Below, one piece after another: positions 1-7,105 of a stretch of DNA of 58,469 nt (position 1 is the stretch's first letter; every line of letters starts with the position of its first letter). Position numbers and translations under genes: made by a program. The DNA is from Acutalibacteraceae bacterium (lineage in GTDB: Bacteria; Bacillota; Clostridia; Oscillospirales; Acutalibacteraceae). Where the stretch lies: positions 1 through 58,469 of the forward strand of contig JAZRYM010000048.1 in the NCBI GenBank assembly GCA_045600765.1. Direction: 5' to 3'. Under the pieces are notes generated by a model, which saw only the letters and a list, made by a program, of their open reading frames with translations, did no database searches and had not been told where the DNA came from.

Positions 1-13
1 AACAAAATTGCAA

Positions 14-46
14 CAGCCCTTCCGGTTGACCGGAAGGGCTGTTTTT
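14..46 (+). terminator. Rho-independent terminator of an upstream gene outside the window
   Basis: Perfect 12-bp stem CAGCCCTTCCGG (14-25) / CCGGAAGGGCTG (30-41), TTGA loop, T5 run 42-46. Confidence 0.8.
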
Positions 47-60
47 GTATAGGTAGAAAC

Positions 61-560
61 GCGGTGTAGGGACCGGCGTCCCGACGTTCCTTTATGGGAT
101 TTTGCGCCCAACCAACGGCGTGCGTGTAGGGGACGGCGACCCCGACGTCCCTTTTGCGGGATTTTGATGTGACCAATGGCGGCACCGTAGGGCAGGGGCT
201 AACGGAGCCGAGCGCCGCCGGTGGCGGAGAAAGCGAGGCGGAGTTATGGCAGCGGTCAAACCGCCGTGCCGACAGGCACATTAGGCGGTTTGGGCACCGC
301 AACCGGAAATGCTCCTGCCGTTTTAGAATTTTGCACCGACCAACGGCGGCAAGACCAAGGCCTTGCCCTACAAAACCGCCATAGGTTTTATCAAAATTCA
401 AAAAACGGACCGTCGGGGACGCCGGTCCCTACACCGCGTTTGTGCGTTGACGTAGGTCGGTGCGGAATTCCACAAAGGGACGTCGAGGCGCCGTCCCCTA
501 CACCACGTTTGTGCGTTGGCGCGGGTTTGGTGCGAAATCCCACACCCACCGCTACGCGAT
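61..560. repeat. Cluster of seven REP-like units: three forward, four reverse, about 60-nt period
   Basis: GTAG heads at 66, 126, 187. Reverse CTAC ends at 371, 432, 501, 555. Core GTAGGGGACGGCGNCC(T/C)CGACGTCCC followed by TTTGCGGGATTTTG and CACCGACCAACGGCGGC. Segment 66-90 is close to the reverse complement of 411-432, and 126-153 of 474-501. Confidence 0.8.
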
Positions 561-617
561 GTTCGGCTGATTGTATAAAAAACCACTAAATTCCTCTACT
601 TTTTTTGTTTCCCCCTC

Positions 618-646
618 TTGACAAGTTAGTGTTGGCTAACTATAAT
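618..646 (+). promoter_or_regulatory. Sigma-A type promoter of feoAB with an embedded 18-bp palindrome
   Basis: TTGACA (618-623), 17-nt spacer, TATAAT (641-646), 45 nt upstream of the feoA ATG. Inverted repeat AGTTAG (624-629) N6 CTAACT (636-641) fills the spacer. Confidence 0.75.
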
Positions 647-691
647 GGGTTGTGTTAGAATGAATACCGTGAAAATTGTGCTTGCGAGAGG

Positions 692-940
692 GTGTTTTGT
701 ATGCCGAAAACGGTCAACGATTTGAAAATCGGCGAAGGTGGCGTGGTCACCGCGCTCGGTTGTTCCGGCGCGCTTCGCCGCCGCATTATTGATATGGGCA
801 TTACCCCCGGCGCACACGTGATTATGCGCAAAGAAGCGCCGATGGGCGACCCGATTGAAATCAACGTCCGCGGCTATGAACTCAGTATTCGCCGCTCGGA
901 AGCAAAAGAGATTGAAATCACGCCGGAGGTAGTCAAATGA
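692..940 (+). CDS. feoA: Ferrous iron transport protein A (FeoA domain)
   Basis: 82-aa SH3-like FeoA pattern (LKIGEGGVVTAL...RRRIIDMGITPGAHV...PIEINVRGYELSIRRSEA). ATGA overlap with feoB. Confidence 0.9.
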   Translation: MFCMPKTVNDLKIGEGGVVTALGCSGALRRRIIDMGITPGAHVIMRKEAPMGDPIEINVRGYELSIRRSEAKEIEITPEVVK

Positions 941-3102
941 GTTACACCTACGCCCTTGCCGGCAACCCCAACTGCGGCAAAACCACGCTGTTTAACGAGT
1001 TGACCGGCTCCAACCAATACGTCGGCAACTGGCCGGGTGTCACCGTCGAGAAAAAGGCGGGACAACTGAAAAGCCACGGCGAAGACATCACGGTGGTGGA
1101 CCTGCCGGGTATCTACTCCCTCTCCCCCTACTCTGCCGAAGAAATGGTCAGCCGCAATATGCTTCTTGAAGACCACCCCGATGCCATCATCGACGTGGTG
1201 GATGCGACCAACTTGGAACGCAACCTCTATTTGTCGTTGCAGTTGGCGGAGCTGGGACTGCCGATGGTCATCGCCCTCAATATGATGGATATGCTCAAAC
1301 AGCGCGGCATTATCATCGACACACACAAAATGGAACACTTGCTCGGCATCCCGGTGGTACCTATTTCCGCCGCGCATGGGCAGGGCATTGACAAACTGAT
1401 TGACCGCGCGTTTCACGACGGCGCCAAACGGCTCGGCAAAGAGGTGCTCCCGTTCGACGAGCAGACCATTGCCAAGCGGATTGAAAAGGCGTTTCCCGAC
1501 AACCCCTATATCCACCACGAACTGCACGAACGCCGCGAACACCACGGCGCGGAATACCGCTCCACCTACAAAATCGACGAGATTTACGAAGCGGACGTGC
1601 TGGAAGCGCTGTTGCGCATTGAAAAAATCATTGAGCCGAAATGTATGAAAGCGAATATGGCATTGCGCTGGTCGGCGGTCAAACTGATGGACGACGACCC
1701 GCCGACGATTGAAGCGCTCGGGTTGAGCCAAGGCGAAGCCTTGCTGATTGATGAAATCGCGACCGCGCTCGAAACGGACAAAATGCAACGGGATATGGTG
1801 ATTGCCGACCAGAAATACAAGTTTATCTGCAAGGTGTGCGACGAGTGTGTCGTTCATCTGAAAAAACCGGGTGAACTGACCGTCTCCGACAAAGTGGACA
1901 AAGTGGTCACCAACAAATACCTCGCCATTCCCGTGTTTGCGGGCGTGATGGCGCTTGTGTTTTTCCTCACGTTCGGGCCGATTGGCTCCTTTTTGACCGA
2001 CGGCGTGGCGGCGGGAATTGACGCGCTGACCAACGCCCTGCGCGCGGGATTGTCCGGCGCCGGTGCCTCCGCGTGGGCAATATCGCTCGTGTGCGACGGC
2101 ATTGTGGCGGGTGTCGGGTCGATTGTGTCCTTCTTCCCGCAAATTCTTCTTCTGTTCTTCTTCCTCTCGGTTTTAGAGGACAGCGGCTATATGGCGCGCG
2201 CCGCGTTTATTATGGACAAAGCGCTCCACCGCACGGGATTGTCCGGGCGGTCGTTTGTGCCGATGCTGATGGGGTTCGGTTGCTCCGTTCCCGGCATTAT
2301 GGCGGCACGCACGCTTGAAAACGAGCGCGACCGACGGCTCACCATTATGCTCACGCCGTTTATGTCCTGCTCGGCAAAAATGCCGGTGTACGCGCTGTTT
2401 ATCGCCGCCTTTTTCCCGCGGTACGCGGGATTGGTGATTTTCGGCATCTACGCGCTCGGGCTTTTAATGGCGATTGTGTGCGCCACCGTCCTCAACAAAA
2501 CGGTGCTCAAAGGCGGCCACGCACCGTTTGTTATGGAACTGCCGCCCTACCGCCTGCCCACCGCAAAAACGCTGTGGATGCATTTGTGGGAGCGTATCAA
2601 GGACTTCGCCGTGCGCGCCGGAACGATTTTGCTCGCCGCATCGGTGATTATCTGGTTCTTGCAATCGTTTGACCTCTCGCTTCACCTGCTCACGCCCGAG
2701 CAAGCGGGCGACAGCATCCTTGCCCTCATCGGCAAAGGTCTTACGCCGTTCTTTATCCCGCTCGGGTTTGGCAACTGGCAAACGTCGGTGGCGCTCGTCT
2801 CCGGCTTTGTTGCCAAAGAAGCGGTGGTGGGCACGCTCAACATTCTCATCTCCCCCGTCTCCGACGCGGCGATGCACGCCGCGCTCGGGTCGATGTTTAC
2901 CCCCGTTGCGGCGCTCGCATTCCTCGTGTTCGTGCTGCTTTACTGCCCGTGTGTCGCGGCGTTTTCCGCGATGAAACGGGAGTTCCGCTCATGGAAATGG
3001 GCGGTCGGCACCGTCGCGTTCCAAACCGCCGTCGCGTGGGTCTCCGCCCTGTGCGTCTACCAATTCGGCACGCTGTTTGTGCATTTGGTGCAGATGTTGT
3101 AA
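937..3102 (+). CDS. feoB: Ferrous iron transporter FeoB (GTPase plus permease)
   Basis: N-terminal G domain: G1 GNPNCGKTTLFN, G3 DLPGIYS, G4 NMMD. A polytopic membrane domain follows. 721 aa. Confidence 0.97.
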   Translation: MSYTYALAGNPNCGKTTLFNELTGSNQYVGNWPGVTVEKKAGQLKSHGEDITVVDLPGIYSLSPYSAEEMVSRNMLLEDHPDAIIDVVDATNLERNLYLSLQLAELGLPMVIALNMMDMLKQRGIIIDTHKMEHLLGIPVVPISAAHGQGIDKLIDRAFHDGAKRLGKEVLPFDEQTIAKRIEKAFPDNPYIHHELHERREHHGAEYRSTYKIDEIYEADVLEALLRIEKIIEPKCMKANMALRWSAVKLMDDDPPTIEALGLSQGEALLIDEIATALETDKMQRDMVIADQKYKFICKVCDECVVHLKKPGELTVSDKVDKVVTNKYLAIPVFAGVMALVFFLTFGPIGSFLTDGVAAGIDALTNALRAGLSGAGASAWAISLVCDGIVAGVGSIVSFFPQILLLFFFLSVLEDSGYMARAAFIMDKALHRTGLSGRSFVPMLMGFGCSVPGIMAARTLENERDRRLTIMLTPFMSCSAKMPVYALFIAAFFPRYAGLVIFGIYALGLLMAIVCATVLNKTVLKGGHAPFVMELPPYRLPTAKTLWMHLWERIKDFAVRAGTILLAASVIIWFLQSFDLSLHLLTPEQAGDSILALIGKGLTPFFIPLGFGNWQTSVALVSGFVAKEAVVGTLNILISPVSDAAMHAALGSMFTPVAALAFLVFVLLYCPCVAAFSAMKREFRSWKWAVGTVAFQTAVAWVSALCVYQFGTLFVHLVQML

Positions 3103-3149
3103 AAATCAACGTCTTTTGCGAAACGAATAGAAATGGTGCACCTACCCGC

Positions 3150-3345
3150 GGCAACACCGTAGAACAAGGTCTACCAACGCGCTTCGCTTGTATGGATAAG
3201 TGCCGCCGTTGGTCGGTGCGTTATTTTCGTGAGGGGCGTGGGGGGGGCCGCCCCCCACACAACCCCCCCGGGGGGGGGTGTACCTCCGAGGGGGCGGCGC
3301 CCTCGACGTCCCTTTCCGGAATTTTTCTCTCACCCCGTGGCAAGT
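3150..3345. repeat. Composite or decayed REP-like elements in the convergent gap between feoB and the acyltransferase gene
   Basis: GTAGA-N6-TCTAC hairpin (3159-3174); reverse tail GCCGCCGTTGGTCGGTGC (3202-3219); core GGGGCGGCGCCCTCGACGTCCCTTTCCGGAATTTTT (3291-3326). Confidence 0.7.
3240..3278. repeat. G/C homopolymer palindromes
   Basis: G8 (3240-3247) CCG C6 (3251-3256), then ACACAA, then C7 (3263-3269) directly abutting G9 (3270-3278). Confidence 0.9.
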
Positions 3346-3386
3346 CGTTTGCAACACCACACACCTCCACACTTTTCTCCACACAC

Positions 3387-3425
3387 AAAAAGCCCGCGTT
3401 ATCTAACGATAGCGCGGGCTTTTTT
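3387..3425. terminator. Bidirectional rho-independent terminator (serves the minus-strand acyltransferase gene)
   Basis: A5 (3387-3391), stem GCCCGCG (3392-3398) / CGCGGGC (3413-3419), T run 3420-3425. Confidence 0.7.
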
Positions 3426-4714
3426 CATTCTTTTTCTATTGTTGTTTCTTCCGTTATTTCCTCTTTCGGTTTGCCGTAAACCACCCGTTTCAAACGGCGG
3501 TCAATCGTGTCCCCGAGCAGGTCAAGACCTTTGTTCAGGTAGGTCAATTCAAACAAACTCTTTCGGAAAATTTCAAGTAGCGTACACGTCAAATAAATGA
3601 CCAAAACGGCAAGAAGCACTTCTATGGTCATCTTCCACGTCGGCTCGATGACAATACCGGCAAAACGGTTTGTCAGGTAATAGCGCCACACCACTTGTTG
3701 GGCGTGGATGATATACACGGCGAACGCCGAGCCGGAAATGGTGAAAATAAACTGCCGCAACCGTTTGGACGACACATCAATCTGCATAAACAGCCACAAA
3801 AGACACAGCGACCCGACCACCACAAGCGGCGACGTGTACGAGGTGACGATACCGCGGCGCGTATACAAAACGGTGTTTTGCGGGTCATCCACAATAAACG
3901 TGCCCATAAAGAAATACCAGCCCACCGCAAGCGCGACACAGACGAGATACCCCACAAGGCACGCCCATTTTTTCGGTTTGAAACCCGCTTCATAATAGCG
4001 GCGCACGCACGCACCGGTCAAGTACATCACCACAAGCCACATGGACGAATACCCGCCGCCTGTGCCAAAGAGGTCGTAGTCCCCATAACTGCGAAAAGCG
4101 GCAATCGCGCCGTACAAACAAATGCCCGTCAAGGCGGCGGCGCAAATCAGCGCCAATTTTTTGTGGCTGACAGCGGCAATCGCCTTGTTGAGAAGCGGCA
4201 TCAGCAAAAACAGCAGGGTATACATATTAAAGTACCAATACTGTTTCGCGGAAATGGGCAACAGGGCGCTGATATAGTCCGTCGCGGTCACCGTATACAT
4301 CTCGTAATCCGGGCGAACGTTCGGGATAAGGCAACTCACGAACTGGTTGAAGCCGTGGAACAGCGTGGGCACTTTGTCGATGATAAACACCATCAACACT
4401 CCCCAAAACGCCACCATCGCCCACATTTTCAGCCACTTTTTCGTCGCCCATTTGGAGCGGAGCGCCACAAACCCGGAAACGAGCGCAAATAGATTGACCG
4501 CGCCGAACGCGGCAATTTCCATCGACACCGCGGACACGTTGGTCGACGAAAACGCCACCGCACCGGCGGCGGAAAACACACCGCCTTGCCCGAGGACGTG
4601 AAGGGTCACAACGAAGAAAATGGATACAATGCGAAGCAGTTCGATTCCGGCGTGTTTCCTGCGCGGAAGCGACTGTTCTATCGGATTTTGCATCAACAGA
4701 GACTCATCCGCCAC
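3425..4714 (-). CDS. Acyltransferase family 3 membrane protein (OafA/NolL-like)
   Basis: 429 aa, about 10 predicted TM helices. N-terminal GIELLRIVSIFFVVTLH motif is typical of Acyl_transf_3. Confidence 0.8.
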   Translation of the reverse strand: MADESLLMQNPIEQSLPRRKHAGIELLRIVSIFFVVTLHVLGQGGVFSAAGAVAFSSTNVSAVSMEIAAFGAVNLFALVSGFVALRSKWATKKWLKMWAMVAFWGVLMVFIIDKVPTLFHGFNQFVSCLIPNVRPDYEMYTVTATDYISALLPISAKQYWYFNMYTLLFLLMPLLNKAIAAVSHKKLALICAAALTGICLYGAIAAFRSYGDYDLFGTGGGYSSMWLVVMYLTGACVRRYYEAGFKPKKWACLVGYLVCVALAVGWYFFMGTFIVDDPQNTVLYTRRGIVTSYTSPLVVVGSLCLLWLFMQIDVSSKRLRQFIFTISGSAFAVYIIHAQQVVWRYYLTNRFAGIVIEPTWKMTIEVLLAVLVIYLTCTLLEIFRKSLFELTYLNKGLDLLGDTIDRRLKRVVYGKPKEEITEETTIEKE

Positions 4715-4762
4715 ACAACATCTCTCCCATTCAAAAGCATAAAAAATCCAACCGTTTTTCCG

Positions 4763-5941
4763 TCAAAAATGACCGCCGCCACCGCCGTGGCTGACGCCGC
4801 CGGAACTGGTGTGCGAACCACCGCCGCCGCTGTCATTGTCTTTCGGCTTGGCGGTACGGGTCACGGTGTTGTAGAGGAACTGTTCCTCTGCCAGCGTAAC
4901 GTTGAGACTGCCCGGTTTCAGGTAGTTATTCGCCGCCGGCTGGAAACGGACGGTTTTGAGCTTCGCTTTCATAGAAGTCACCGCGATAAGCGCAATAATG
5001 AACCCTATAAAAAGCGCCGCAAGAAGCCGTTGCCAGCTGAAAAACGCGGTTTCGTGAACAATTTCGCGTTTCACCTCGGCAACATAGCCTTCAAACGCGT
5101 CGGCATAGTTACCGGCAGATAAATCGCTTCCGATACGGTCGCCGACCGCGTAAGCATCCACCCATTCGATGCACTTGCCGCAGGTGGACACCCACCACGC
5201 GCGCTCATCCATTGAGATAAGAAGCAACACGCCGTCTTCCCCGCTTTCTCCGCGGCCATAACCGTTTTGGTCATAAAAATCATCGGCAAAGGTCATGGCG
5301 TTTCTGGTACCAAGCGAAGGCGTTGTCACAACCACAATGTCGCAGTTCATCTTGTCGCTGGTTTCGTTTAACAAACTGAGCAATTCGGATTTTTCCACCG
5401 TGGTCAACAGGTTGGCACCGTCCACAAGCAGGCTGGTACCCTGACCGGACAAACTCATAAAATTGTCCTTCGTCTCCTGCGCTCCCATACGATTGGCAAC
5501 ACGGATAGCATACGAACGCATCAACGCCACGTAGTTGCAATCGGAAGCGTCGTACTCCTCTTGAAGAACGGAATCGTCAATCGAGTGGGCGCAAGTTCCG
5601 CTCGGATACAACGCACTTTGCGAGTCATCCACCACAAGAAGCAGCATAACGCCGTCATCGGTCTTTCCGCGACCGTAATCGTTTTTCTCGTAAAAATCTT
5701 TAAGGTAGTCCATACCGCTTTGATTTCCGTCAAGGGATGCCACGGTAAGAACGGCAACGTCAAAGCCGACCTTATCGCTGACTTGGTTGAGCAGCTTGGA
5801 AACTTCCTCTTGTTCCGTCGCCGTCAGTACCTTGGCTTGGTCCACAAGCAAGTCCGAACCGCTTTTCGCGGAAACGGAAACCGCAAACAGCGCGGCAAAC
5901 AGCACTAAACACCCGAGAAGGGCGAAAATTCGTTTTGTCAT
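4763..5941 (-). CDS. Secreted or membrane-anchored protein with two TPM (YgcG-type) domains and a Gly-rich tail
   Basis: Start moved to MTKRIFALLGCLVLFA (ATG at 5941, RBS GGGAGGGGA upstream). Two LVD.A.(V/L)LT..E...(V/L)..LLN..S.K...D(V/I)(A/V)V(L/V)T modules, one TM helix, C-terminal GGGGSHTSSGGVSHGGGGGHF. Confidence 0.8.
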   Translation of the reverse strand: MTKRIFALLGCLVLFAALFAVSVSAKSGSDLLVDQAKVLTATEQEEVSKLLNQVSDKVGFDVAVLTVASLDGNQSGMDYLKDFYEKNDYGRGKTDDGVMLLLVVDDSQSALYPSGTCAHSIDDSVLQEEYDASDCNYVALMRSYAIRVANRMGAQETKDNFMSLSGQGTSLLVDGANLLTTVEKSELLSLLNETSDKMNCDIVVVTTPSLGTRNAMTFADDFYDQNGYGRGESGEDGVLLLISMDERAWWVSTCGKCIEWVDAYAVGDRIGSDLSAGNYADAFEGYVAEVKREIVHETAFFSWQRLLAALFIGFIIALIAVTSMKAKLKTVRFQPAANNYLKPGSLNVTLAEEQFLYNTVTRTAKPKDNDSGGGGSHTSSGGVSHGGGGGHF

Positions 5942-5955
5942 CTTCGTCCCCTCCC

Positions 5956-7041
5956 TTACAGAATCCCGAAATAGCCGATGATGCCGAACACCGCGGCCGA
6001 AATTCCCGCCGTAAGGCCCAAAAGCCAGCGCCACCACGCGGCTTTATCGCACGGCAAATCGCCTACGAATTTGCCCGTTTGCCCGTTCATCGCAAAGGTG
6101 TATTGATACCCGTTCCACGTCGTGTTGAGAAGCCACACGGGATAGAGCGCATAGCGCGCCTGCCCGTTTTGCAGGTGAACGGTGCTGTTTTCCGGTGTCA
6201 CGGTGGCAAACCCCGTCACGGTGGAGGCAAACACCTCTTCGGTACTGCGTTTAATCCGCGCGTTGGCGCGGTCAATGCTCTCCTCGGCGCTCACGTCGTA
6301 TTTATCCGCAAAAAAGCCGGAGAGATACGCCGTTTGAAAATCCACCGCCTGCGAAAAATCGAACGGCTCAATGGATTCCATCAAATCGTCCGGCATCCGA
6401 AGCGACCCGTCCACCGGCACGTGCTGAAATCCGAGGTCACCGGCGCGAAGCACCATATAATGCCCCGTTTCAGTGTAGTCGTAGTCGTCGTCGCTCCAAT
6501 GATGCACCGTGGTAGCGTGGTAACGAATGTTGGCATCCGCATCCGCGTCAAACAGCCAAAACGGCACGTAAATACCTTTGATTTCGTCGATGTGATTTTG
6601 TTGCTTAAACACTTTGGGAAGCAACCGCTTACCCTGCAAATGTTTTTCAAGACCGGCTTTCGCCGCCGCTTTATCCAGTTGAAACGGAATCACCAAATCG
6701 GGACGCAAATCGCCCGAAAGGTTCCCTTTCATCACCACGGGATTGCCGCAAAACGGGCAGGACGTTGCCGCCGTCGTCGTTTGGCAGGCAATCTCACCGC
6801 CACAAGTTTCACACACATACGTGGCAAGCGCGGTTTCCTCCCCCTCTTGCCATTCACCGCCGACGTCCGTTTTCCATTTCATTTCATCCGGCGCATCCAT
6901 TTTTAATCCGTCGTCGTACTTCTGTAACGTCTCCATTTCGAACTCGGTTCCGCAAAATTCGCATTTGACCTTTTGCGAACCGGGTGTAAACACCATACGT
7001 CCGTTACAGCAAGGACAGGTAAATTCCAACAGGTTTCCCAT
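5956..7041 (-). CDS. Double zinc-ribbon protein with a C-terminal TM anchor
   Basis: CPCC..(13)..CEFCG and CETCG..(13)..CPFCG ribbons, about 230-aa middle domain, C-terminal WWRWLLGLTAGISAAVFGIIGYFGIL helix. 14 nt upstream of the TPM gene. Confidence 0.6.
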   Translation of the reverse strand: MGNLLEFTCPCCNGRMVFTPGSQKVKCEFCGTEFEMETLQKYDDGLKMDAPDEMKWKTDVGGEWQEGEETALATYVCETCGGEIACQTTTAATSCPFCGNPVVMKGNLSGDLRPDLVIPFQLDKAAAKAGLEKHLQGKRLLPKVFKQQNHIDEIKGIYVPFWLFDADADANIRYHATTVHHWSDDDYDYTETGHYMVLRAGDLGFQHVPVDGSLRMPDDLMESIEPFDFSQAVDFQTAYLSGFFADKYDVSAEESIDRANARIKRSTEEVFASTVTGFATVTPENSTVHLQNGQARYALYPVWLLNTTWNGYQYTFAMNGQTGKFVGDLPCDKAAWWRWLLGLTAGISAAVFGIIGYFGIL

Positions 7042-7076
7042 ACAAAGTACCTCCTTTTATGTTCCACCAAGAGTGC

Positions 7077-7105
7077 AGTATACCATAAAGAGAGCAAAAA
7101 GTCAA
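7077..7105 (-). promoter_or_regulatory. Sigma-A type promoter for the zinc-ribbon/TPM operon
   Basis: Minus strand reads TTGACT (7105-7100), 17 nt, TATACT (7082-7077), about 30 nt upstream of the ATG at 7041. Overlaps the mreB stop codon. Confidence 0.65.

Noticed and set aside
61-560. Possible CRISPR array, given regularly spaced units of about 60 nt
   Set aside because: The sequences between the hairpin cores are themselves conserved, so they are not unique spacers. Units occur in both orientations, copies are scattered singly elsewhere, and no cas genes are present.
154-589. Track ORFs 154-384 (76 aa), 221-589 (122 aa) and 398-586 (minus strand, 62 aa)
   Set aside because: They run through the REP-like repeat cluster, so their peptides simply mirror the repeats (for example PRLCVDVGRCGIP / PRLCVGAGLV). 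They have no RBS, and the region is better explained as non-coding repeats.
874-2142. 422-aa minus-strand ORF inside feoB. Similar long antisense ORFs lie at 5935-6906, 8819-9682, 9710-10621, 10912-12306, 19002-20000, 23542-25137, 25128-25970, 27059-27928, 31850-33001, 33008-34471, 35785-36870, 46255-47718, 49133-50356 and 55510-56340
   Set aside because: All lie opposite confidently identified genes, lack recognisable domains and have the skewed Arg/His/Gly composition of antisense translation. None is called as a gene.
3240-3278. G/C homopolymer tracts as a phase-variation switch for the neighbouring acyltransferase or feoB
   Set aside because: The tracts lie downstream of both convergent genes, not in a promoter, leader or reading frame. 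An on/off switch for either gene is therefore not supported. They are kept only as a structural and assembly curiosity.
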